Assembly (NCBI RefSeq): GCF_006345805.1 | Contig: NC_042998.1 | Coordinates: 26,784,001 to 26,848,000, forward strand | DNA: 64,000 bases | Direction: 5' to 3' | From: Octopus sinensis | Taxonomy: Eukaryota | Shown: positions 1 to 11,794 of the stretch, piece after piece | Numbering within the stretch: the stretch's first letter is position 1 | Layout of the letters: each line of letters begins with the position of its first letter | Program-made: the position numbers and the translations under genes | Notes under the pieces: generated by a model | Seen by the model: only the letters and a program-made list of their open reading frames with translations | Database searches by the model: none | Told to the model about the DNA's origin: nothing

Positions 1-26
1 TTAATTTATTTATTTATTTCGAAGAC

Positions 27-237
27 TTAACCCTTTTCCATTCAGATTCTTCTGCCAAATGCAATGCTTATTTATTCACATTTTAAAAAATTAATTCTGA
101 AAATTCCAAAGATGTGACTGTTTATTTTTAGAATGATATTGCCAGGTAGGTGTGAGATGCTGGATCTGGCCAGTTTGAACATAAAACCAATAGAATATTT
201 GGGCCGGATATGGCCAGTTTAAATGCTAAAGGGTTAA
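27..237. mobile_element. piggyBac-like MITE (family 1)
   Basis: TTAA-CCCTTT at 27 and AAAGGG-TTAA ending 237; no ORF; internal sequence matches 34393-34620 in opposite orientation. Confidence 0.7.
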
Positions 238-3104
238 ACAGTTCAGCTTATGGAATAAATATTATTTGCCCTGGTTTAGGATGAATGTTGATGTAATTTA
301 ATCCCAGCAACATTTGTCCTAAACCAGGACTGTCATGTTATGTTGGCAAATAATCTTTACTCCAAAGTACTGTTGCTGTATATCTCTCGATGTGAGATTT
401 ACAAATAGTAATTTTCTAAATTCTGCTTATGTTTGACATGCAGATAAATTTGGTATTCCTTATATTAAATTTTATATGTGTACAGAAATATATCGTCGCT
501 GTGAAGATTTTGATTTAATTTCGAAGGTAGTGAGACCATATGACAAATAAGCAGACAAGAATGATTTTTAATATGTTTTAGGCTCCTCCCAAGTCTTGTT
601 ATGAGCTCATTCAATAATTACAAGTAAATGTCTTATACATAACATGTTTTGTATAAAAAGAGGTAAGGACTTCAAAAAAAAAAAAAAGAAAGAAAGAAAA
701 AGAAAAAAAATGCAACGAGATTAATCATACTTTTTCTAACCTATTACATGACTTAATCTATTATGTCTATGTAAACATACTTTCAAGTCATGCTGTGAAT
801 ATTGTTTGGGGTTAAAACCCAAGTTGATATGACCACATGATCAGGAATTAACAATCATGATTTTGAGTCTCTTTTGAATTATATTTACTGACACATAATA
901 GATTTACCAGGTGAGTATGGTAGATCTGAAGAGAGTCTATTATGAATGTGAAAACAGAGAGCACATGATGGACATATTGGGCTTGAGGACAAACGAAATC
1001 ATGATAGGCTAACTTCCTGATCACATCATTTCATTAAATTAGGCTTAACTGAGAACAATCTTCACAGCAAGAGCAGAGCAAGACTAATAAATGTATTTGC
1101 ACACACAATAGATTGCATCATATGTAATGAAATAGATTACATCATATGTGACAAAAGTTATAATTACTTTCAAACATTGTATGTACTCTCAGAGAGCTTA
1201 CAGGAGATATTCGGCAACCTTAACATAATTAACTCAGCAGAAGAAATAAAGGTAATTTCTATGATAAGTAATTTAATCGTGTAAAAAGAAAAGTCATTCA
1301 CTTCATTGGGTTTAGATTATATTGTATGATCTCAAACATTAATAATCAAACCTCTCTTTTGTTTATTCATCAATAATTATCATCGTAGCCTATACAGTAA
1401 TATAGAAGTGCTGTAAACAAGTGGATAAGATGCAAGACTTCAGAGAACAGTGAGTTAGGTGTTTGTATACCAGCAGAACTTTGACTTTTCTGTGCAAGCT
1501 ACTAATGGACATAAGCTATTAGCCATTCTGGTAATGATATGATGTGCCTTAAGTAGGCGCTCCTCAACATTAATAGTTGACTCATCAAAGGGAAAGTTAA
1601 GTGTCAATATTTTAAGCTGTTGAAGCTCAAAAGAGGAGTACTTACAGATTTATTCCTGCTCTTCAGTGCTGTCAGCTTCGGTAAAAAGTATCTTAACACT
1701 TCAATATTCTAGCCAGCAAAACTGGAATGACGATAACCAAGCCGACATATTATATCTGGCAGCCGGAAAGACCCCCACCAATCTTACAAGAAGTCATGTT
1801 TTTCTTACTTTTCAATATTTCGGCATTTTTTAGATAAATGCATCAACACACGTCAACTGTGAATACTAATGGGTTAAACCAACAGAACTGTAATTTATCT
1901 CATATTAAATCTCAGTTTTCATATATATTGTTCTCAGCAATGTTTTCTGAATTTTTTAAAACTTTGGAACACATTTCCTCCCTAAGTTATATAGAGAAAA
2001 ATAAAATCACCTAACAAAAAGATTTATATATGTGAGTTTATCATTTCTGTAACTTGTAGTTTCTTTTTAGATTTATCTCAGTTTTATCAAAATTCCAGTG
2101 ACAAGAAATACTCTTATTCTGTACATTATCAAAGTATTTCTTGGATTGAAACCAAACGAGATATAACAAATCAGGAAGAGAGAAAAAAATACACTGTGTA
2201 AAGCAGCCTTAAAAAGCAAATCTAAAACCGAGTATCCTGATAACAAAACTAAATGGTGTTGATAGGAAAAAGAAAACACATATTTACAACAATCTTACAT
2301 TTACAATCAGTAACAAGACTCTGAAGACTATAAATAATAACTTCCTCATAAATTTCATTATCTCGGTTTTAATTACGACTGAAGGAAAAAAAAAATACAA
2401 TTTTACTATTACAATGTAGAAAGAAATAAACCTTTGTTACCAGTGACAATAGAATCATTAAAAAGACATTAATCCAGTCAGAGCATCCAAACAAGGTTAA
2501 CACTAACAGATAAAAATGAAAAGAAGAAAATAAAAATGAAGAGTTCTGCTATTGCGCTTAAGTAGTCTACATTGGTATCTGTAGATAAATCCATACAATG
2601 CTAATTAAATATATAATACAATCAAAGAAATGAGAACTACTTAGCTATATTATTATGAAAAGGTTGTGTGAGTTATTATGTAGCCAGATCTAATGCTCTC
2701 TCTCTCTATAATAAATAATATTTATCAAGAGCAGTTTCTATTAGAGCAGGGCAAAACAAGCTGGGACTTGACTCAGCATTGTAAGTAGTTCTATTATTAA
2801 ATATCTTTACTCACAAGTGTGAAAATGTTTACTGAAGCTGGAATTAAAAAAAAAAAAAATTCTTTTAGTAATAATAAGAAAAAAATATTTCATGAATTTA
2901 TTAATTAAAACAAGACATGGGAATAAGATATTGCAAAACAAAAAACAAGAAAAATACACCTCTAATAATAGACAGAATAGAAATATCAAACATATCCAGT
3001 AATAGAAAATTATAGTTTGTAACTTCAACTATTAACTAAAAAGAAAAATGACCGTGAACAAATATGCAATCATGTGTGTGTATGTATCCACTGACATATG
3101 TACA

Positions 3105-3107
<3 letters not shown>

Positions 3108-3181
<74 letters not shown>

Positions 3182-3203
3182 TATATATATATATTTATAT
3201 ATA

Positions 3204-3245
<42 letters not shown>

Positions 3246-3261
3246 ATATATTATATATATT

Positions 3262-3312
<51 letters not shown>
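3108..3312. repeat. imperfect (TA)n microsatellite
   Basis: direct reading; source of the YIYI ORFs. Confidence 0.97.
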
Positions 3313-3313
<1 letters not shown>

Positions 3314-3364
3314 TCATAATTAAGAAAAAATTTCTAATGCCAGATATGCCGAAAAATTGAACAT

Positions 3365-3859
3365 AAAAGATGCACTCATATATCTGTCAATAGAGTGGGT
3401 ATATTATCTGAAATATATTTATATATATATATATATATATATAAACTAATGTACACTAAAATACATATGTGTATGCATAAGTCTCAATACTTCTAAATTA
3501 CAATCTAAATGTAAACAACACATATGTACTCACATTTGTATATGTATAACATATATTAATGCTATACACACATGTGTATGTTCATGTGTGTGTGTGAGTG
3601 TGTGTTTTAGTATGATCACAGCTGTCAGATGAAAGGTAACATGAAACTCTGAGTAGCAGTTTGTGAAGATTTTTTCAGCTTTAATAAAAAGTATATGTAC
3701 AAATATATACATATATACACACACACATATATGTATCTATCTATCTATATATATATATATATATATATATGCTCATGAGTCATCTTAGAGACTATAAATC
3801 TGGGAAAAGATGCACTCATATATCTGTCAATAGAGTGGGTATATTATCTAAAATATATT
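3365..3859 (+). repeat. 55-bp direct duplication (3365-3419 and 3805-3859)
   Basis: aaaagatgcactcatatatctgtcaatagagtgggtatattatct(g/a)aaatatatt occurs twice, one substitution, 440 bp apart. Confidence 0.9.
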
Positions 3860-3869
3860 GTATTATAAT

Positions 3870-3985
3870 CCATCACAGTTGATCTTACCAATTGGTTTCA
3901 TGCAAGGAATGCAATGGAGTGTTAGATAAAAATCTGATTATATAACCTTATGCTCATCAGAACTAACCAAGATCACCCGTGATGG
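3870..3985 (-). ncRNA. type I hammerhead ribozyme of Penelope-like (PLE) type
   Basis: minus strand: CTGATGAG core, stem II gcataagg...ccttgc, GAAAC, palindromic stem III ccaattgg, GUA cleavage triplet, stem I ccatcacgggtgatctt/aagatcaactgtgatgg. Confidence 0.7.
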
Positions 3986-4015
3986 ATGTATAATTCTATA
4001 TATTTCAGATATTAT

Positions 4016-4200
4016 ATCATCATCATCATTGTTTAACAACCGCTTTCCATGCTAGCATGGGTTGGATGGTTCAACTGGGGTCTGGGAAGCCCGAAGGCTG
4101 CACCAGGCTCCAGTCTGATCTGGCAGTGTTTCTACAGCTGGATGCCCTTCCTAACACCAACCACTCTGTGAGTGTAGTGGGTGTTTTTTACGTGCCACCG
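4016..4200 (-). mobile_element. RTE LINE 3' end (5'-truncated)
   Basis: (CAT)n tail plus ttccatgctagcatgggttgga...ctggatgcccttcctaac, same as the 3' UTR of the ORF-bearing copies at 14637 and 29373. Confidence 0.85.
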
Positions 4201-4221
4201 ACACAGACATATATATATATA

Positions 4222-4830
4222 TCATTATCATCATTTAACATCCATCTTCCATGCTGGCATGGGTTGGATGGTTTGACAGGAGCTGGCCAGCTGAGGAACT
4301 GTCCAGACTCCAATTGTCTGTTGTGGCATGGTTTCTATGGCCAGATGCCCTTCCTAATGCCAACCACTCTACAGAGTGTACTGGGTGCTTTTACACAGCA
4401 CCGGCATGGGCGCTTTAACATGGCACTGGTATGGGTGCTATTTACATGGCACCAGCATTCACGAGCCTGAAAGATTAGGGCTGCTCAGCTGGAGAGGGTT
4501 GCAGGGGTGAGCCAGTATGCAAACCACCAGGAGTCTCAGTCCCCTGTCATCCCCTCTGTAGATATTTTCTCACTATTTCATTGCACATCTTCTGGGTTTA
4601 CCCTCCTACATGTTCCCGCTACAATTAGAGATCAGCACCTCTTGATGCAACTGTCTTCATTCATATGTATTACATGACCATACCAGCACAGTCTTCTCTC
4701 TTTCACACTACATCTGATGCCTTAGTTTTCCTCTCAAAATCACTTACACTCCGTCGTGTATGCATACTGACATTACCCATCCAGCAGAGCACACTGGCCT
4801 CATATCTTTCAAGCCTTCACATATCCTTGT
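4222..4830 (-). mobile_element. older RTE LINE 3' portion
   Basis: (CAT)n tail, RTE 3' UTR, and decayed reverse-strand ORF end (acatgaccataccagc corresponds to RWYGHV). Confidence 0.7.
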
Positions 4831-5029
4831 TGTGTTACTAGATATTTTTAATGTTCAATTTAATTACACACACACACACACACACAAGGTTTCATTCTAA
4901 ATTCACTCACAGAATATTGGTTGTCCTGGGCCTATTGTAGCAGACACTTGTCCAAAGTGTCACACAGTGGAACTGAACTCAAAACAACTAGGCTGGGAAG
5001 CAAACTTCTAAACCACACAGCAACACTTC

Positions 5030-5631
5030 TGCTTTTATACATACATACAGCCAGACATACATATTCCCATACATACTCACATGCATACATAGACAGACAT
5101 ACATACAGACATTCATACATACATACACATATACATGCATACATATACACATACATACATACATATGTGAATTTGTCTGTGTTAACTACATCCCAAAGAT
5201 GGAGCCTTGAATCTTTGTTGGAAATTGGCTCCTTCCTCAGTGGAAGATGTATAAAAATTAAAAAATAGAAGAAGCACACATTCATACATACAGCCAGACA
5301 TATATTCATACATACATACACACACACATACATACATTCAGGCATACATACATACGCATACATACACGCATACATACACGCATACATATACACATGCATG
5401 CATACATACATACATACATACATACATACATACATACATTACATACATACATACATACATATATAAATAAAGCCTTGTATCTTTGTTGGAAATGGAGTCC
5501 CTCCTCAGTGGAAGACTTATAATAATTAAAAAATAGAAGAGACATGCACAGACAGACAGCTAGATACACATACACACACACACATAAGAGACGAAAAAAC
5601 AGACAGAAAGACAGGTATGCTCACACACATA

Positions 5632-5660
<29 letters not shown>
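5030..5660 (+). repeat. compound (CATA)n/(CA)n tract containing two LINE 3'-UTR fragments (about 5166-5290 and 5465-5550)
   Basis: fragments share ctttgttggaaa..ccctcctcagtggaaga..aattaaaaaataga with the 3' UTR at 25700-25805. Confidence 0.8.
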
Positions 5661-5662
<2 letters not shown>

Positions 5663-6184
5663 TCATGCATGCACTCACTTTATATTGCACTATCAATTTG
5701 AATAAAATGGTTATTCTACAATTTTTTGTTAACTCTGAAGATAGTATTTAGTCAATGTTAGAAGTATCTGCCTCAGACTCCTAAGATATTTCTGAATGGG
5801 ATGTGAGCCTGGGGGATCTACTGGCTGATTGGAAATTAAACTCATATTACCAGTCATTTTATGGGTGGATGAATCCACTTTCAGCTATCTTTATTAATAT
5901 GCATTCATGTCATATGTCTTATGACAAAAGATCTATTAATAAAAAAAACAACTCAATGAAGGCATAAATCAAACAAACAACAAAAGAAGTTATCTGATAA
6001 AAAGGACACTAAAACAATACTTGACATGAAAATGATAAAAGAAAAACATGACAAAATGATTTTTAACAGAGGCATAACATCCTTCATATCTCACCAAATA
6101 CAGAGCGTAACCTTTTACAGGTGTAGTCCCAGTTTGGGGATGGCCTCCCCTTTTTTGTTGAGCACAAATCATTGCTGTTTTAAT

Positions 6185-6402
6185 TATTAGGTTGGTGCAT
6201 AATTATTGCAGCTTTTTGTCAATAAATTTTATCGACAAAAACAATAACAATATTTAACAAAAACATCTTTAAATGATTATTCCGGAGCATATTCACCATC
6301 TACTTCAATTACTGCATTTTGTTTAAATTGGCATTTTGTTAAAATTTTTAGTTGAATAAAATTTATTGAAAAAATCCACAATAATTATGCACCAACCTAA
6401 TA
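6185..6402. mobile_element. Tc1/mariner MITE
   Basis: TA-ttaggttggtgcataattatt ... ataattatgcaccaacctaa-TA: TIRs with TA target duplications. Confidence 0.88.
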
Positions 6403-6423
6403 GTTATGTATATATAGAAACTT

Positions 6424-6560
6424 GTGGAGGCACATGGCCAAGTGGTTAGAGCAGCAGACTCATGGTCGAGAGATCGTAGGATTGAATCTCAGACCAAGTG
6501 ACGTGTGTGTTTATGAGTGAAACACCTTAGCTCCATGCAGCTCTGGCAGAAGGTTGAGGG
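6424..6560 (+). mobile_element. tRNA-derived SINE, 5' part
   Basis: diverged match to the head of the SINE at 10002. Confidence 0.75.
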
Positions 6561-6587
6561 ACACTAACCAATAGCATACTGACCCAT

Positions 6588-6800
6588 TCATCATCATCAT
6601 CCAGTGTTTTAAATCCAGGTTTTGTCCCCGTTAATAGGGGTGGCCAGATCTACCTCAATGCCATAGCAACCACCCTCACACCATCTTGCCCAGTTTTGGG
6701 CATCCTCCCTTCTTAAGCCAACCCTCCCAATCTCCTCCTCTACCTATCCCCTCCACATTTTCCTCGGTCTACCTCGCTTTCGTGGTCCATTCACCTACTC
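6588..6800 (-). mobile_element. second RTE-like family, 3' end
   Basis: minus strand reads ...RGRPRKMW..VEEEIGRVGLRREDAQNW..., then a (GAT)n tail; homologous to 20935-21128. Confidence 0.7.
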
Positions 6801-7059
6801 CTCTTGAAAACTTTTGGAAAAGTTTTATAGATTTGCCCTTCCTTTAACAAACTGGTAAAATTAATTTGTTCTTTTTAAAGCTAAATGAATCGTTTAAGAA
6901 TCTAATAATCATAGTAAGAATTCTCAGAGAGAACATCCTGCTTAGTGGACAAATGAGTGGAGTAAATTTGTATATGCCAATGAAAAATTAAGGCAAAGCT
7001 CTCAATTAAATGAAATATATACACACACACACACACACAAGAAGAAATTATATACATTC

Positions 7060-7957
7060 TTTTCTACTCTAGGGACAAGGCCCAAAATTTTGGGGGAGGA
7101 GGCCAGTCGATTAGATCAACCCCAGTCTTCAACTGGTACTTATTTCACCCAGAAAGAATGAAAGGCAAAGTCAACCTCAGTAGCATTTGAACTCAGAATG
7201 TGAAGACAAATTTAATGCCACAAAGCATTGATTCTGTCAGCTCTCTGCCCTATATTTATAATTATAATATTGATTTGTATCATTGGCTCATGGTTATTTA
7301 TTTTGGATGATGGCACTATCAGGTGCAGTGAGACCAGTATTTGATTCAAACTGCATTTTTTATCAACTCTCAAAGAAAAGGAAGTTCAAGTTGGTACCAA
7401 GAAGATATGAAATCAAAGTTACAGAATATAGTTCAATATACCAAATTACTTTACCAGGTAGTTTACCAATTGTGCTATTCACTAACTTGGTATGAATTGT
7501 AATGTTAATGGTCTTTTCTACTCTAGGCACAAAGCCCGATATTTTTTTTGGGGGGGGCATCCATTTAGATCGACTCCAGTATGCAACTGGTACTTAATTT
7601 ATCAGAATCGTTAGCACGCCAGGCGAAATGCTAAGCCGTATTTTGTCTGCCGTTACGTTCTGTGTTTAAATTCCGCCGAGGTCGAATTTGCCTTTCATTC
7701 TTTCGGGGTCAATTAAATAAGTACCAGTTTCGCACTGGGGTCGATGTAATCAACTTAATCTGTTTGTCTGTCCTTGTTTGTCCCCTCTGTGTTTAGCCCC
7801 TTATGGGTAGTAAAGAAATAGGTACTTAATTTATCAACCTTGAAAGGATGAAAGGCAAAGTCAACCTCGGTGAAATTTGAACTCAGAATATAAAGACAGA
7901 TAAAATACTGCTAAGCATTTCACCCAACGTGCTAACGTTTCTGCAAGCTCACTGCCT
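7060..7957. mobile_element. cluster of SINE family B fragments in both orientations
   Basis: repeated core gaggtcgactttgcctttcatcctttcggggtcgataaattaagtaccag or its reverse complement. Confidence 0.8.
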
Positions 7958-8969
7958 TAACAAATGATATATACTAACAAGAAACTGTAACTGGAGAGGA
8001 ACATGGAAAACAGAGAGAGAAAAGAGAAAGATGAATGAAGGAAGGGGAGAGGGGAGAAAGCGATGTCAGAGAAAGTATACGTCTTTATGAAAAGAAAAGG
8101 AGTAGATACAAAGCTTTGTACTGCAGAAAGGGTGAAATTCAATTAAGGAGAGGTCAGGATGAATGAGGAAATAATTTGAAAGATAGAAGGAAATCTGGTG
8201 AAACAAGGAGAAATATTTTTAAAAAGGACTTAGAGAAGAGTTGGAGTATAAGGAGTGTAAGAACAACATTCTTGGGAGTGAAATTTTAAACAGCTTAGAT
8301 TAAAAATAACATGGATAGTTAAGCAATTACATCATGGAAAAAAACATGTTAGCCATTTTAAATAACAAAAATTATTGAGTTCCCTTCCAGTTTATTTCTT
8401 GTCGCACAGACATGTTAGTGACCAAACTGCAATTGGTTGAAGAAACTTTTAACTGCTCAACAAATAGATTAAAAACTGAATTTAAAAGTTTCTATTTGTT
8501 ATACGCTGGCTCAAATAGCTCTTCCATAAGCTGTGGGTTTAAATGAGTTTAGTTTTAATCTCAGATCAAATCACTCACTAGATGACTCCAAAAATGGTTA
8601 GTTAAATTATAATTTGGAATTCCAGGAAAACTAGTTTCATTACTGATTTCAAATTTTGGCACAAAATTTCAAGAAGGGAGTAAGTTGATTGCATCGTCCC
8701 CAATGCATGACTGGTACTTATTTTATCAGTACCCCCCAAAAGGATGAAAGGCAAAGTCAGCCTCGGCAGAATTTGAACTCAGAAAGACGGACAAAATGCC
8801 ACTAAGCATTTTGTCTAGTATGCTAATGATATATGATATATATATATATATTTGATTCAAACTGCATTTTTTATCAACTCTCAAAGAAAAGGAAGTTCAA
8901 ATTGGTACCAAGAAGATATGAAATCAAAGTTACAGAATATAGTCCAATACACCAAATTACTTTACCAGG
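7338..8969 (+). repeat. 121-bp direct duplication (7338-7458 and 8849-8969)
   Basis: tatttgattcaaactgc...tttaccagg twice, 3 substitutions, about 1.5 kb apart. Confidence 0.9.
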
Positions 8970-9013
8970 CAATAATAAATCTCTGACGAGATGTAAACAG
9001 TAACTGCTCGACA

Positions 9014-9375
9014 ACGTAAAGTATACTAGCCATCTCAATATGGCTAACCACTAAGGGTGGGTGTTACTGTAGCTTTTAGCCCCAGAAGATCATCGTCTCC
9101 AGCTGGCTTAAGGCACACTTTCTGTGCCCTTATGGTATTTGCAAAGGGAGATCATCCCTCCCTCGTAAACTGCAGAAACTGCAATACCTAAGAACTGCAG
9201 TCCATGCGTATCACTTAGGTTTACGAGAGAGGGATGACCTCCCTTTGCAAATACCATAAGGGCACAGAAAGTGTGCTTAAAGCCAGCTGGAGACGATGAT
9301 CTCCTGGGGCTAAAAGCTACAGTAACACCCACCCTTAGTGGTTAGCCATAATGAGATGGCTAGTATACTTTACGT
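9014..9375. repeat. long palindrome: 157-bp arms (9014-9170, 9219-9375), 48-bp spacer; probable Penelope-like inverted pLTR
   Basis: arms are reverse complements with about 6 mismatches; decayed hammerhead-like ctgacgag...ctcgacaacgta immediately upstream (about 8983-9020). Confidence 0.85.
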
Positions 9376-9388
9376 ATATATATAAATA

Positions 9389-9643
9389 TATATGGCAAAC
9401 GAAAGATGGAAGACGGAATATATGAGAATTTATTATTTCCTCCGTCTGGCAGCTTTTCTTTCTAGAAAATAAGAAATTACATCGTGGAACTGTTATTTTA
9501 ACGAGTTATGTCTATTTATCACCTGATGAGACACATCTGCACCACCAGATGCTCCTGAACCAGTTGCTGAGTGTTCAAAAGAATTGTCATAATTAATAAT
9601 AAATTCTAGTATATTCCATCTTCCATCTTTCATTTACCATATA
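9389..9643. mobile_element. small fold-back element, 49-bp inverted arms (9389-9437, 9595-9643)
   Basis: tatatggcaaacgaaagatggaag...atttattatt and its reverse complement; internal cctgatgag-acacatctg/cagatg-ctc hammerhead-like motif. Confidence 0.65.
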
Positions 9644-10001
9644 CATAACGATTACTGTGAAAGTGACCATGTTTTACCAATAAGCCACCAAGTGTAAACC
9701 ATTCATTTTATTATCCAATATATATAATTAATGAGTTTAGAGAGATGTATTATCTGGGTGGATACCGTGGTAGCTCTTAGTTATGTCCAAGGCTGTGGCA
9801 AACAGCATCAGTTAGTATTTAGTGTCTATGACTACTATGAGTTGTCACTCATGCTGTAAATTCCTCCGATGGGTAGTTTTGTGTTTGCTTCATTGGAAGG
9901 TAATATTATCTCGAACATATATTAGTAATGATTATAACGATAGGGAAAATGGAGACTGGTACATCCTCAAAATTTATTTCCTGAGGATGTACTAGTCTCC
10001 A

Positions 10002-10387
10002 TGTGGAGGCGCAATGGCCCAATGGTTAGAGCAGCGGACTCGCGGTCATAGGATCGCAGTTTCGATTCCCAGACCGGGCATTGTGAGTGTTTATTGAGCG
10101 AAAATACCTAAAGCTCCACGAGGCTCCAGCAGGGGATGGTGGTGATCCCTGCTGTACTCTTTCACCACAACTTTCTCTCACTCTTACTTCCTGTTTCTGT
10201 TGTACCTGTATTTCAAAGGGCCGGCCTTGTCACTCTCTGTGTCACGCTGAATATCCCCGAGAACTACGTTAAGGGTACACGTGTCTGTGGAGTGCTCAGC
10301 CACTTACACGTTAATTTCACGAGCAGGCTGTTCCGTTGATTCGGATCAACCGGAACCCTCGTCGTCGTAACCGATGGAGTGCTTCCC
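10002..10387 (+). mobile_element. near full-length tRNA-derived SINE
   Basis: Pol III A box tggcccaatggttag (10015) and B box gtttcgattcc (10059); CpG-rich body. Confidence 0.88.
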
Positions 10388-10427
10388 TCCCCTCACTAGT
10401 CGCCATACTCCCTATCATTAAAACTAT

Positions 10428-10680
10428 TGCTTCATCATCATCATCATCATCATTATTATCATGTAATGTCTGTTTTCCATGCTGGCATGGGTTGGACAGT
10501 GTCACATGGAGCTGGCCAGCCAGGGAGCTGTGCAGCCTCCAATTATCTGGTGTGGCATGGTTTCTATGTTTGGATGTCTTTCCTAACACCAACCACTTAG
10601 GAGTGTACTGGGTGCTGATTATATGCCATGGCATAAGTGCTATTTATGCAGCACTGGCACCTGAAAGGCTAAGCCTGTAC
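10428..10680 (-). mobile_element. RTE 3' end, diverged
   Basis: (CAT)n tail and ttccatgctggcatgggttggac motif. Confidence 0.75.
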
Positions 10681-10709
10681 AGGTGGAATTGCATATATAT
10701 TACACTTTC

Positions 10710-10952
10710 TCTCTTTTACTCTTTTACTTGTTTCAGTCATTTGACTGCGGCCATGCTGGAGCACCGCCTTTAATCGACCAACTCGACCACGGGACTTATT
10801 CTTTTGTAAGCCCAGTACTTATTCTATCAGTCTCTTTTGCCGAACCGCTAAGTAACGGGGACAGAAACACACCAGTATCGGTTGCTAGAGGGACAAACAC
10901 AGACACATAAACACACACATGCATATATATATATATCTATATATATATATAT

Positions 10953-11015
<63 letters not shown>

Positions 11016-11177
11016 TACAACAAGCTTCTTTTCAGTTCCGTCTACCAAATCCACTCACAAGGCTCTAGTCAGCCCAAGGCTATAGTAGAAGACACTTGCC
11101 CAAGGTGCCACGCAGTGGGACTGAACCCGGAACCATGTGGTTGGTAACAAGCTACTTACCACACAGCCACTCCTGCG

Positions 11178-11180
<3 letters not shown>
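10710..11180 (-). mobile_element. tRNA-derived SINE family A, full length, with internal (TA)n
   Basis: reverse complement of gagtggctgtgtggtaag...ggttcagtccc head and gactgaaacaagtaaaagag tail. Confidence 0.9.
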
Positions 11181-11214
<34 letters not shown>

Positions 11215-11462
11215 CTTACATATACATATATATTATATAAAACAGTTAGACTTAAAGTTTCGTGGGCATCTAACAAAAGCCCATCTCTTTCAGGCTTTAG
11301 ATTACTGAATCTAACTAAATCTTACTGATTTGGTAGTCTAAAGCCTCAAAAAGGCCCATGAAACTTTAAGTCACATGAAATCAAATCAAACTGTTTTGAA
11401 CAATACATGTAACTCTTACTAAATGTGTTGAGTGCCTTTTGCTTTCATCTGTCCACTCACTC

Positions 11463-11496
<34 letters not shown>

Positions 11497-11627
11497 GTAA
11501 AATAATATGTGACGATTATTCAGTAGCGAAGATAAAAATCTGAGTCACATATTATTTTACAGATAAATTTCCTCTATTTACATAATATTGAAGTCTCTTT
11601 CTTTCTTTTGTTATCTTACCATTTTTA

Positions 11628-11696
<69 letters not shown>

Positions 11697-11734
11697 GCAT
11701 ATACAAACAGATATATGCGCACACACATATATAA

Positions 11735-11794
<60 letters not shown>

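Noticed and set aside
3048-3360. ORFs rich in YI/CV/HT repeats here and at 10.8-11.9k, 16.0-16.4k, 30.4-31.8k and 62.3-63.8k
   Set aside because: Translations of (TA)n, (CA)n and (CATA)n microsatellites, which lack stop codons
10002-10075. tRNA gene (also 6424 and 59453)
   Set aside because: A/B boxes continue into SINE bodies; no complete cloverleaf with acceptor stem
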